Shown here piece by piece: positions 53,801-60,664 of a stretch of 64,000 nucleotides of DNA (position 1 is its first letter; the number at the start of each line of letters is the position of its first letter). Below the pieces are notes generated by a model. It searched no databases and had not been told where the DNA came from. It saw nothing but the letters and a program-made list of their open reading frames with translations. A program made the position numbers and the translations under genes. The stretch comes from Oscillospiraceae bacterium. GTDB taxonomy: Bacteria; Bacillota; Clostridia; Oscillospirales; CAG-272. The DNA lies in NCBI GenBank assembly GCA_015064805.1, contig SVRN01000001.1:58302-122301 (forward strand), in the 5' to 3' direction.

Positions 53801-54410
53801 GTTTACCGTGGCCGAGCGGACGCGTGTGAGCATCGCTGGCATCATCAATCACGTCACCCTCAAAACGACGCGGAGCGAGGAGCGAATGGTCTTCTTTACC
53901 CTGGAGGATCGCTACGCCGAGATCGAATGTCTGGCATTCCCCAAGGTGTTTGCCAGCTACGGCGGCTGTGTCCGCCCCGATGCGGCCGTTTGCGTGCGAG
54001 GCACCGTTTCCTGCCGCGAAAACGAGGACCCGAAGATTCTCGTTGACAATATGCTGTTGCTCGTGGATAACGAAGCCTACGGCGACGCCCCCGCACAGCC
54101 GATACCCAAGCCCACCGCACCCGAGGGCAAGACCGAGCCCAAGGTTGCTGTAACCTCCGAGCCCCAAAAGCCGCGCGAGAGCGTGCAGGGCAGGGCGGGC
54201 AAGCTGTATCTGCGTCTGCCCGACAGCCGCGGACGCCTCTACAGCAAGGCGCTCAATCTGGTTGAGATTTTCCCCGGCAGCGTTCCCGTCGTCTTCTACG
54301 ACGGCGAGAGCAAGACCTATCGCGCTCTGCGCGGCGGCGTTGCGCTGACGGATTATCTGATGAGCGAGTTTATTCGCTTGTTGGGTGAGGAAAACGTCAT
54401 ATTCAAATAA
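50829..54410 (+). CDS. dnaE: DNA polymerase III alpha subunit
   Basis: It has the PHP N-terminus FVHLHVHSEYSLLDGA, the palm/fingers blocks (PDIDMDF, FNKSHAASYA) and an OB domain. It is 1193 aa long. Confidence 0.92.
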   Translation: MQEFVHLHVHSEYSLLDGACRIADLASRAKSCGHRAVALTDHGVMYGAIAFYKACLKEGVKPIIGCEVYVAPGSRFNKSATRGVRTGYHLVLLCKNATGYRNLMYLVSRGFTEGFYSKPRIDMELLASHSEGLIALSGCLAGRIPQLLLAGNYEEAKRVAREQAALFAPGDYYIEIQNHGLVDQRQILPQLVQLAKECDLPLVATNDCHYLRREDAATQAILTCIQTNTTIEEGRPLGFETDEFYYKSTEEMARLFSAYPEALENTVRIAEKCDLTLDFDAVHLPHFPCPDGLSSPEYLRRLTEEGLAHRRARGMLGYGSSGKVHPEEEYRARMEYELSVIESMGYADYFLIVADYVNFAKSRGIPVGPGRGSGAGSLVAFLLGITDVDSIAFDLLFERFLNPERVSMPDIDMDFCYNRRGEVIDYVIDKYGADHVSQIITFGTLAARAAIRDVGRALGLPYSTVDPVARAVPQELGITIEKALRLPDLKAMYAESAEVRRLVDTAMALEGMPRNMSVHAAGILITEQPLYDFVPLAVSNDAVISQYDMDTIAGLGLLKFDFLGLRYLTICHDAEEQIRESDPSFVLENIPLDDAATYALISRGDTGGVFQLESGGMRQMLTELRPRTLDDVQAAIALYRPGPMDSIPTYIENSKHPEKITYATPELQPILASTYGCVVYQEQVMNIFRTVAGYSFGHADIVRRAMSKKKADVLEAEREDFLAGAEKNGIARQIANELFDDMSDFANYAFNKSHAASYALISYRTAYLKAHHPREYMAALLTSVLGNIPKTGEYIAECHHRGIAVFPPDINGSFARFHADSKREGIRFGLQALKNIGGSFIDAVVRERESGGLFTSLDDFISRMAGRELNKRQLEALIKAGAFDGLGGINRRQMLTSYEKIMDLSQDRSRRNLDGQMDMFSMAVQTEQSASVSGYDYPDLPDFSMKEKLMQEKEASGMYFSGHMLDSYQNHVRALAVQEISGLLEQDENGEFTVAERTRVSIAGIINHVTLKTTRSEERMVFFTLEDRYAEIECLAFPKVFASYGGCVRPDAAVCVRGTVSCRENEDPKILVDNMLLLVDNEAYGDAPAQPIPKPTAPEGKTEPKVAVTSEPQKPRESVQGRAGKLYLRLPDSRGRLYSKALNLVEIFPGSVPVVFYDGESKTYRALRGGVALTDYLMSEFIRLLGEENVIFK

Positions 54411-54413
54411 AAC

Positions 54414-54441
54414 AAGGACACGCGCCGCGGCGCGTGTCCTT
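54414..54441. terminator. Bidirectional terminator between convergent genes
   Basis: AAGGACACGCGCC gc GGCGCGTGTCCTT. Confidence 0.65.
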
Positions 54442-54446
54442 TAATC

Positions 54447-55487
54447 TTATCCAACTGCTAAATATTCTTCCAGCGTAATGCCTTGCTCGGTGATGGCAAT
54501 GGCGGCATCCTTGCCGACGAAGCGGTAGTGCCAGGACTCGTAGGAGTAGCCCGTGACGTTGACCTTGTCCTCGGGATAGCGCAGAATAAAGCCAAACTGG
54601 CAGGCGTTTTTCTGCAGCCACTTAAAGGCGGCCGTCGGCTCAAATTGCTCGTTGGTCAGCGCGCTCATGCCCGTCGTCATAAAGTCGACGCAAAGGCCGC
54701 TTTGATGCTCACTCTTGCCGGGGGCGGCAGAGTAGGACAGCACGACGGATTGCGCGTCCTCAAGCGACAGCTTGGTGATGCCCTTGGAAGTATAGAATCT
54801 CGTGATATAATCCTTGCCGAAGAAGGCGTAGGCTTCGGGCGAGATACCCGAGCGTTCCTTTTGAATATAGTGATTGTGCGTCATGACCTGATAATCGTAG
54901 GAGCGGTAGGCGCTGGTGACGTAGGTGTCGGTGATGCCGTCGGCTCTCATACACATGAGCATGGCGTGAAGCGCCAGCGCGGCAGTGTTATCCAGCTGAT
55001 AGCTATGCCCCCAGAGCGAATCCTCTTTATTCAGGTTGACCAGATTGGTCGGAACGTAATACTCTCCGAGCGGACGGTATTTGTTGACCAGCAGAATGTC
55101 CGTTTTTTTGCTGTAGACCGTCGAGATGGCGGGCAGATACAGCGACACGTCGCAGGAATAATCGTAGTCGCGATCGATCACGGGAGGATCGGGCTTGACG
55201 ACGGGCGGATCAACTACGGGTGGGTTATCCACAGGAGGATTGTCCACGGGCGGGTTGTCCACGGGGGGATTATCAACCGGGGGATTATCCTCGGGTGGGT
55301 TATCTACGGGCGGATTGTCTACCGGCGGGTTGTCCTCGGGCGGCGTTGTCGGATCGTCCGCGGGACCCTCTTGCACGGGGGGGTGGTCGGGCTGATAGAG
55401 CGGACCGTTGATGCTGACCAGATACAGCGCGCAGGAAAGCAGGCAGATGATCAGCAGCATGGGGATGATTTGTTTGGCTTGTCGCAT
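54447..55487 (-). CDS. M15B (VanY-type) D-alanyl-D-alanine carboxypeptidase with an N-terminal anchor and a Pro-rich repeat stalk
   Basis: The zinc-site blocks are SAYRSYDYQ, SEHQSGLCVDF and ESWHYRF. It has an N-terminal TM segment and (DNPPV)n repeats. Confidence 0.8.
   Translation of the reverse strand: MRQAKQIIPMLLIICLLSCALYLVSINGPLYQPDHPPVQEGPADDPTTPPEDNPPVDNPPVDNPPEDNPPVDNPPVDNPPVDNPPVDNPPVVDPPVVKPDPPVIDRDYDYSCDVSLYLPAISTVYSKKTDILLVNKYRPLGEYYVPTNLVNLNKEDSLWGHSYQLDNTAALALHAMLMCMRADGITDTYVTSAYRSYDYQVMTHNHYIQKERSGISPEAYAFFGKDYITRFYTSKGITKLSLEDAQSVVLSYSAAPGKSEHQSGLCVDFMTTGMSALTNEQFEPTAAFKWLQKNACQFGFILRYPEDKVNVTGYSYESWHYRFVGKDAAIAITEQGITLEEYLAVG
55179..55334 (-). repeat. Imperfect 15-bp tandem repeat encoding about ten DNPPV/DNPPE/VDPPV pentapeptides
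   Basis: The protein reads EDNPPVDNPPVDNPPEDNPPVDNPPVDNPPVDNPPVDNPPVVDPPVVKPDPPV. The DNA units differ at synonymous positions. Confidence 0.85.
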
Positions 55488-55529
55488 GATAAAGGAAGTA
55501 ACCTTTCTTTATTTCAAAAATGGGACGCG

Positions 55530-56093
55530 TCAGGCTTTTTTTGGCTTGGTTTCCACCATGATGAAAAAGGGAGAGGTGGGCGAGTTGATGATCTTGACCA
55601 GCGTCGCGCACACCTTGTGACGGGAGATGCCCGAAAGATAATCGCAGATCATCTTGCCCTCGGCTTCGCCTTCCTCGTGACCGGGATAGACGGCAATGTT
55701 GAGAATACCGTCAGGGCCGAGCAGGTCAATGGCCGCCTCAATGGCAGGCATGGTGGTCTCTCGCATGGTCGTGATGCGCTTGTCGCCGCCCGGCAGATAG
55801 CCGAGGTTGAACATGCCCGCGCGGATGGGCTCCTTGACGTAGTCCTTGACCAGATGGTGCGAGGCGTGAATGAGGGTGTAGTTTTCGGGGCAGCCCCATT
55901 CCTTCAAGTTTTTTGCGGTGGATTCGACGGCCTGTGCCTGAATGTCAAAGGCGTAGACGTGGCCGCTCTCGCCGACGGTGCGGGAGAGAAAGGCGGTGTC
56001 GTGTCCGTTGCCCATGGTGAAGTCGACGGCTACGTCGCCCTCTCGCAGATGGGTCAGAATAAAATGCTTATGCAATTCGAGCAAGTCGATCAT
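55530..56093 (-). CDS. Class I SAM-dependent methyltransferase (YtqB/MnmM-like, putative RNA methylase)
   Basis: The SAM-binding start is DVAVDFTMGNGHDTAFL. The protein is 187 aa with the family-typical C-terminal FIMVE tail. Confidence 0.65.
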   Translation of the reverse strand: MIDLLELHKHFILTHLREGDVAVDFTMGNGHDTAFLSRTVGESGHVYAFDIQAQAVESTAKNLKEWGCPENYTLIHASHHLVKDYVKEPIRAGMFNLGYLPGGDKRITTMRETTMPAIEAAIDLLGPDGILNIAVYPGHEEGEAEGKMICDYLSGISRHKVCATLVKIINSPTSPFFIMVETKPKKA

Positions 56094-56110
56094 AATAAAC
56101 CTCTGAATGA

Positions 56111-56833
56111 TTATCTTTTTTTCTGAACGTTTTTATGCAGATCGGAGCGCAGAAAACGGATCGCGCGCTCGATGGCATCCTTGGAGTCGTACCACGGCTC
56201 CTCGTCGTAGCGGTAATCAAATTTTTTGCAGAACCAACTGACGTCGTTTTGCAGTTTGTCAAAGTAGGGAAGCACCACGCCCGCGCAGACTGAGGCAAAC
56301 TCGGCTTGCTTTTTCTTGTTCAGGCGGTGCTGGGCGCATTCGAGCAGACGGCGGTAGTGAGGCAGACAGAAATAGGGCTGTGCCTTGAGCTTGGCGGGAA
56401 AATCCTCGTCGGTGTCCCAAAGCAGCACGACCGTTTCCACCATGCGCGCGTAGTTGTATTCGATGCGGCGGCAGATATAGCAGCTGTTCTCCAAAGCATT
56501 GATGCGCTTGGCAGGCTTGTCGCCGCGTGCGGGAATGAGGGGCAGATTGCCCTCGGTGATGTCCTTGCGCAGCTCGGCCAGATGGCTCTCCAGCGTCAGC
56601 GCCATGCCAAGACGGTTCTGGCGGGCAAGCATCATATCGTAGTGTGTCCGACAAAAGCCGCTTTCATTTGTTTTGATGCGAATATCGGGTTCCATCATGG
56701 ATGCTCCGAGGATCAGCTCCAGCTCGTCGTTTTCCAGTTTGTTGTAAAGCGCGCACATGGGGCAGCCGCAGCTTGCGTCGTCGCGCGAGGCTTCAAACGC
56801 TTCATTGACGGGTATGGTATAGATCTGTTCCAT
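56111..56833 (-). CDS. Hypothetical Cys-rich protein (240 aa)
   Basis: The protein starts MEQIYTIPVNEAFE and contains CGCPMC, FCRTH, CYIC and CLPH motifs. The ATG at 56833 follows a GGAGGA RBS. The rest of the 758-aa track ORF is antisense to dxs. Confidence 0.65.
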   Translation of the reverse strand: MEQIYTIPVNEAFEASRDDASCGCPMCALYNKLENDELELILGASMMEPDIRIKTNESGFCRTHYDMMLARQNRLGMALTLESHLAELRKDITEGNLPLIPARGDKPAKRINALENSCYICRRIEYNYARMVETVVLLWDTDEDFPAKLKAQPYFCLPHYRRLLECAQHRLNKKKQAEFASVCAGVVLPYFDKLQNDVSWFCKKFDYRYDEEPWYDSKDAIERAIRFLRSDLHKNVQKKR

Positions 56834-57034
56834 GACATCCTCCGTATGACAATAAAAATACATTTTATTATACACCAAAATTTTCTCATGCGCAAGGGTA
56901 AGTCGCAAAAATTCACAATGCGTCAACAAAAAAACACAAAATTTTGCTATCATAAAACTTTCCCGTACCGCATACTTGATTTTTGACGCGAAATATGATA
57001 CACTAATAAGAGCAAAAAAAGGGAGGTGACCGAA

Positions 57035-58939
57035 TTGAGCGAGCAACAAACGAATATGCCGATGCCGACGGATATCGGGGCTTACCTTAACGTTCGGTCG
57101 CCCGAGGACGTCAGATCTATGGCCGCCAAGGATATCCCGACGCTGTGCAAAAAGCTGCGTCGCGTGCTGATCGACCAGACCGTGCGCGGCGGCGGACATC
57201 TGGCCTCCAATCTTGGCGTGGTCGAGCTGACGGTCGCCATCCACCGTGTGTTCCACGCCCCGGTTGATCATATCATTTTTGACGTGGGACATCAATGCTA
57301 CGTTCATAAGCTGCTGACGGGACGCGCCGACGCGTTTTCGACGCTTCGTGCGCCGGGCGGTCTTTCGGGCTTTCCCAAACGGGATGAGAGCAAATACGAC
57401 GCCTTTGGCACGGGACACGCCTCGACCTCGCTGTCGGCGGCACTGGGACTGGCGCGCGCGGCCAAGCTGAGCGGCTCGGACGCCTATACCGTCGTCGTGC
57501 TGGGCGACGGGGCTTTGACGGGCGGCATGATCCACGAAGCGCTGAACAACTGCGAAAGCGATCTGCGGCTGATCGTCATTCTCAACGAGAACGAAATGTC
57601 CATCTCCAAAAACGAGGGACGCTTTGCCCGCCTGCTCACCAGATTGCGCACCTCGCGCGGTTATCATAGCACCAAATCGGCACTGGATAAGACGCTGTCG
57701 CACATTCCCCTGGTCGGCGAGCCCGTCAAGAGCGGGCTGAGCAAGATCAAAAAGGGCGTCAAAAAGGTGCTCTACAGCAACAACTATTTTGAGTCTATGG
57801 ACTTCAACTATTTCGGCCCTGCCGACGGTCACGACGAGCAGACGGTCGAGCAACTGTTGCGCGCGGCCAAGGCCAAAAAGGGCTGTAGCATCGTTCACGT
57901 GAAAACGGTCAAGGGCAAGGGCTACGCCCCTGCCGAGCAAAACCCGGGCGCGTATCACGGCCTTGCGGGGGCAGGGAAGACGCAGAGCGAGCCTACCTTC
58001 TCGCAGACCTTTGGCCAAACATTGAGCACGCTTGCCGATCGCAACGGTAAGATCTGCGCCATCACGGCCGCCATGCGAGAGGGAACGGGGCTTGCCCCCT
58101 TTGCCACCTCGCATCCCGATCGATTTTTCGACGTTGGTATCGCCGAGGAACACGCCGTCACCTTTGCCGCAGGACTTGCGGCAGGCGGATATACCCCCGT
58201 CGTGGCCATCTATTCGACCTTCTTGCAGCGCTCTTACGATCAGATCCTGCACGACGTGGCGCTGCAAAAATTGCCCGTTCTGTTTGCCATCGACCGCGCG
58301 GGGCTCAACGCCGCCGACGGCCTGACCCACCACGGCATCTACGACGTGGCCTTTCTCTCGGACATTCCCGAGATGGATATCTGGCATCCGCTCTCGACCG
58401 CTTCGCTTGAAGCGCGTCTGCAGCAGCTGTTGACGGACGGTCTGACCCGCCCGACCGCCATTCGCTATCCCTCGGGCGGCGACGACAAACGACTGATCGC
58501 CTACGCCGAGCGCCTCAAGCCCGTAGCGGCAGGCGTGTTCGTCGATTTCGACATGACACAGCCTCCGAAAACGGTGATCGTCACCTACGGCCGTATCACG
58601 GCCGAGGCGCTGAGTGCTGCACAGAAAAGCGGACAGAGCGTCGGTATGATGGTGTTGGAACGCCTGCGCCCCTGCGCCGACGTGGCGGACACGCTTGCGG
58701 CGATGGTCGTAAGCGGCACGGAAAAGATCGTCTTTTGCGAGGAGGGCATCCGTGCAGGCGGTCTTGGCATGAGCCTTGCGACGGCCTTAACGGAGCGTCT
58801 GAACGGCAAAACGCACCCCATAGTGCGTATCGTTGCCATCGACAACGAGCGCGTCACCCCCGACGCCGGGGTCGGACAAAGCACGTTCGACGCGACGGGC
58901 ATTGGTGAGGCTGATATTTTACGGGCTATATGTGAATAA
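57035..58939 (+). CDS. dxs: 1-deoxy-D-xylulose-5-phosphate synthase
   Basis: GGHLASNLGVVELTVAIHRVF, the GDG thiamine-diphosphate block (VVLGDGALTGG) and NENEMSIS are present. The start is probably the TTG at 57035, 8 nt after GGAGG; the track GTG at 57026 overlaps the RBS and the ATG at 57056 is an alternative. Confidence 0.88.
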   Translation: MSEQQTNMPMPTDIGAYLNVRSPEDVRSMAAKDIPTLCKKLRRVLIDQTVRGGGHLASNLGVVELTVAIHRVFHAPVDHIIFDVGHQCYVHKLLTGRADAFSTLRAPGGLSGFPKRDESKYDAFGTGHASTSLSAALGLARAAKLSGSDAYTVVVLGDGALTGGMIHEALNNCESDLRLIVILNENEMSISKNEGRFARLLTRLRTSRGYHSTKSALDKTLSHIPLVGEPVKSGLSKIKKGVKKVLYSNNYFESMDFNYFGPADGHDEQTVEQLLRAAKAKKGCSIVHVKTVKGKGYAPAEQNPGAYHGLAGAGKTQSEPTFSQTFGQTLSTLADRNGKICAITAAMREGTGLAPFATSHPDRFFDVGIAEEHAVTFAAGLAAGGYTPVVAIYSTFLQRSYDQILHDVALQKLPVLFAIDRAGLNAADGLTHHGIYDVAFLSDIPEMDIWHPLSTASLEARLQQLLTDGLTRPTAIRYPSGGDDKRLIAYAERLKPVAAGVFVDFDMTQPPKTVIVTYGRITAEALSAAQKSGQSVGMMVLERLRPCADVADTLAAMVVSGTEKIVFCEEGIRAGGLGMSLATALTERLNGKTHPIVRIVAIDNERVTPDAGVGQSTFDATGIGEADILRAICE

Positions 58940-58943
58940 AAGG

Positions 58944-58973
58944 AGCGGCAGACCGTGCGGTCTGCCGCTTTTG
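58944..58973 (+). terminator. Rho-independent terminator
   Basis: AGCGGCAGACC gtgc GGTCTGCCGCTTTT. Confidence 0.7.
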
Positions 58974-58992
58974 TAATGCGAATATCAGAGCA

Positions 58993-59928
58993 TCAATATC
59001 CGGGGCATGGAATGAATTCCGTAAAATCTTTCTGTAACATGATCTCCTCGCCTCCAATACTGGAATATATCAAGTCAAAATGATAGGTAGTTTTGCCATC
59101 TACGTAGGCAGGACTATATTTTTCAAACATTTGCTTGTAGTGATTGTCGTAGGCTCGACGAGCCAAAGAGAGCTGTGTTTCATAGTTATATTGGATGGAT
59201 GTGGCAAATTGCATGTCTATGAGTCTATAGTAATCGTACCACCCCGCTGCTCCGGAAAGTGCGGATTTTTCCTGAAAATATTGTGTTACGGTCGCTTTAT
59301 AGCAGGTCGCCTCCTCTGCCATAGTAATATATCGGCAAAATACCAAAACGGTAGGTTGATCATTTCGGACAGCCGGACCCTCCGGATAGTAAGAAAGGAT
59401 TATGATGTTAAAATTGGAGATATTGTCAGGTAAAAGCTGAATTTCATTTTGTCGGTATCCTTTTTTGCCGGTGCCTTGATGCAAATAGATGCCGGTCAGG
59501 GTCTGGCGACTGCTGTCCGAGTAGGTCAGACGAATGTAGCTTCTCTGATCACTTGGAGAGGTCAATGCCACCTGATAGATGATTTCGTTTTCCTTTGGTT
59601 CGATCCCCTCGGGAAGCGTCAGATGGTCCGGCAGGGGCTTGGCAATGGGGGGTTCGGGTGGATTTTTGTCTGGATCCTCCGACGAGGGCGGCGTATCGGG
59701 GGGAATGGACGGCTCGGGAGGTTCAGGAGAGGAGAATAAGCCGAGAAATAAGCATACGCTCAGCACAATATAAACCGCAGCGGCTGCGGCGGCGATCAGG
59801 CGTAGCTTGCCACGGCCGCGCTTTCTGCGTTCTTCTTCCAAAGAAAAGGCTTCTACGGCATCGGATGCCAGGGAGACGTATTGATCCCCGATTTTACCGA
59901 TGAGACGCTGTGCACGATCTGTTTTCAT
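58993..59928 (-). CDS. Single-pass membrane protein coupled to an ECF-type sigma factor (putative anti-sigma/sensor, 311 aa)
   Basis: An ATGA overlap joins it to the sigma gene. Its cytoplasmic N-terminus is MKTDRAQRLIGKIGDQYVSLASDAVEAF, followed by a basic patch, a TM segment (LIAAAAAAVYIVLSVCLFL), a Pro-rich linker and an extracytoplasmic domain. Confidence 0.6.
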   Translation of the reverse strand: MKTDRAQRLIGKIGDQYVSLASDAVEAFSLEEERRKRGRGKLRLIAAAAAAVYIVLSVCLFLGLFSSPEPPEPSIPPDTPPSSEDPDKNPPEPPIAKPLPDHLTLPEGIEPKENEIIYQVALTSPSDQRSYIRLTYSDSSRQTLTGIYLHQGTGKKGYRQNEIQLLPDNISNFNIIILSYYPEGPAVRNDQPTVLVFCRYITMAEEATCYKATVTQYFQEKSALSGAAGWYDYYRLIDMQFATSIQYNYETQLSLARRAYDNHYKQMFEKYSPAYVDGKTTYHFDLIYSSIGGEEIMLQKDFTEFIPCPGY

Positions 59929-60479
59929 AGAGAAATACCTCCTTTCGCCAAATATCGCCGTAATTTGTTTCGGATTTTATGGAGTCGCTGATGAATGGCG
60001 TTTTCCTTCATACCCGAAGCCGCGGCCAGGGCAGAGATGCTGTCGGAATACCAATAGCGGCGAACGAACAACAGCATATCCCGTCGTTCCAAGGTTGACA
60101 AAAAATGATTGAGCATACGGCGAAGTACTTCATCATCCTCGGGAAGTGGAACGTCGGAAAGTAAATGCTCCATCTCGTGTAGTGGCACGTCCTCGCCCTC
60201 GCCGCCCCGCCGCGCGGTGGTGTTTTGTCGGATGCGGTTGAGACAAGCGTTTCGCACGGCTTTATAGAGATAGGATTCCAACGATTGCGGCAGGTGATTG
60301 GCCGAGACTGTCCATACACGCAAATAGGCGTCGTTGACACATTCCTCGGCATCCTGCTCGTTGTGCAAAATATCTTTGGCTAATTGTAAACATCGTTTAC
60401 CGTATGCCCGATCGATCTCCTCTAACGCGCGCTCGGAGCGATCCTTGAGCAATCCAAGTATGAACGTTTCTTTTTTCAT
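59925..60479 (-). CDS. Sigma-70 family (ECF-type) RNA polymerase sigma factor, 184 aa
   Basis: The region 2 block is DAEECVNDAYLRVW and the region 4 HTH is ISALAAASGMKENAIHQRLHKIRNKL. The ATG at 60479 follows a GAGGTG RBS. This start gives the same length as the paralogue at 63067-63621. Confidence 0.8.
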   Translation of the reverse strand: MKKETFILGLLKDRSERALEEIDRAYGKRCLQLAKDILHNEQDAEECVNDAYLRVWTVSANHLPQSLESYLYKAVRNACLNRIRQNTTARRGGEGEDVPLHEMEHLLSDVPLPEDDEVLRRMLNHFLSTLERRDMLLFVRRYWYSDSISALAAASGMKENAIHQRLHKIRNKLRRYLAKGGISL

Positions 60480-60507
60480 GGTGTACACCTCGTAAAGCTT
60501 GATGGGA

Positions 60508-60550
60508 GGGCCTTCACTTATATAGACACGGAAATTTCCGTTTTCTTACG
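60508..60550 (-). promoter_or_regulatory. Conserved upstream motif shared by both sigma genes (copy 1)
   Basis: The plus strand reads GGGCCTTCACTTATATAGACACGGAAATTTCCGTTTTCTTACG. By my hand alignment 35/43 positions are identical to 63655-63697. Confidence 0.45.
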
Positions 60551-60616
60551 GCTTTTTTGGAAAAAAACAAGAATATTTTTCAAATATATTATATCATGCT
60601 TGCCGCCGGTATGCAA

Positions 60617-60651
60617 TAAAAATTGCGTCCCCACCGTAGTGAGGACGCAAT
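60617..60651 (-). terminator. Rho-independent terminator after the 801-aa sensor gene
   Basis: The minus strand reads ATTGCGTCCTCACTACGGTGGGGACGCAAT followed by TTTTTATT. Confidence 0.6.
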
Positions 60652-60664
60652 AGCTTAATGCTTT

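Noticed and set aside
55179-55334. Short-period repeats, considered as a possible CRISPR or other non-coding array.
   Set aside because: The period is 15 bp with no spacers, and the repeats lie in frame inside a coding gene where they translate to DNPPV pentapeptides. This is not a CRISPR array. No CRISPR-like repeat-spacer structure was seen anywhere in the window.
54483-56126. A 547-aa ORF on the plus strand.
   Set aside because: It is antisense to the VanY-type peptidase and methyltransferase genes. Its Gly-rich repeat (GGLSTGGLST) is just the reverse reading of the DNPPV repeat.
56834-58387. The upstream two-thirds of the 758-aa minus-strand ORF.
   Set aside because: It is antisense to dxs. 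Only the last 240 codons (56111-56833) have an RBS and a protein-like sequence.
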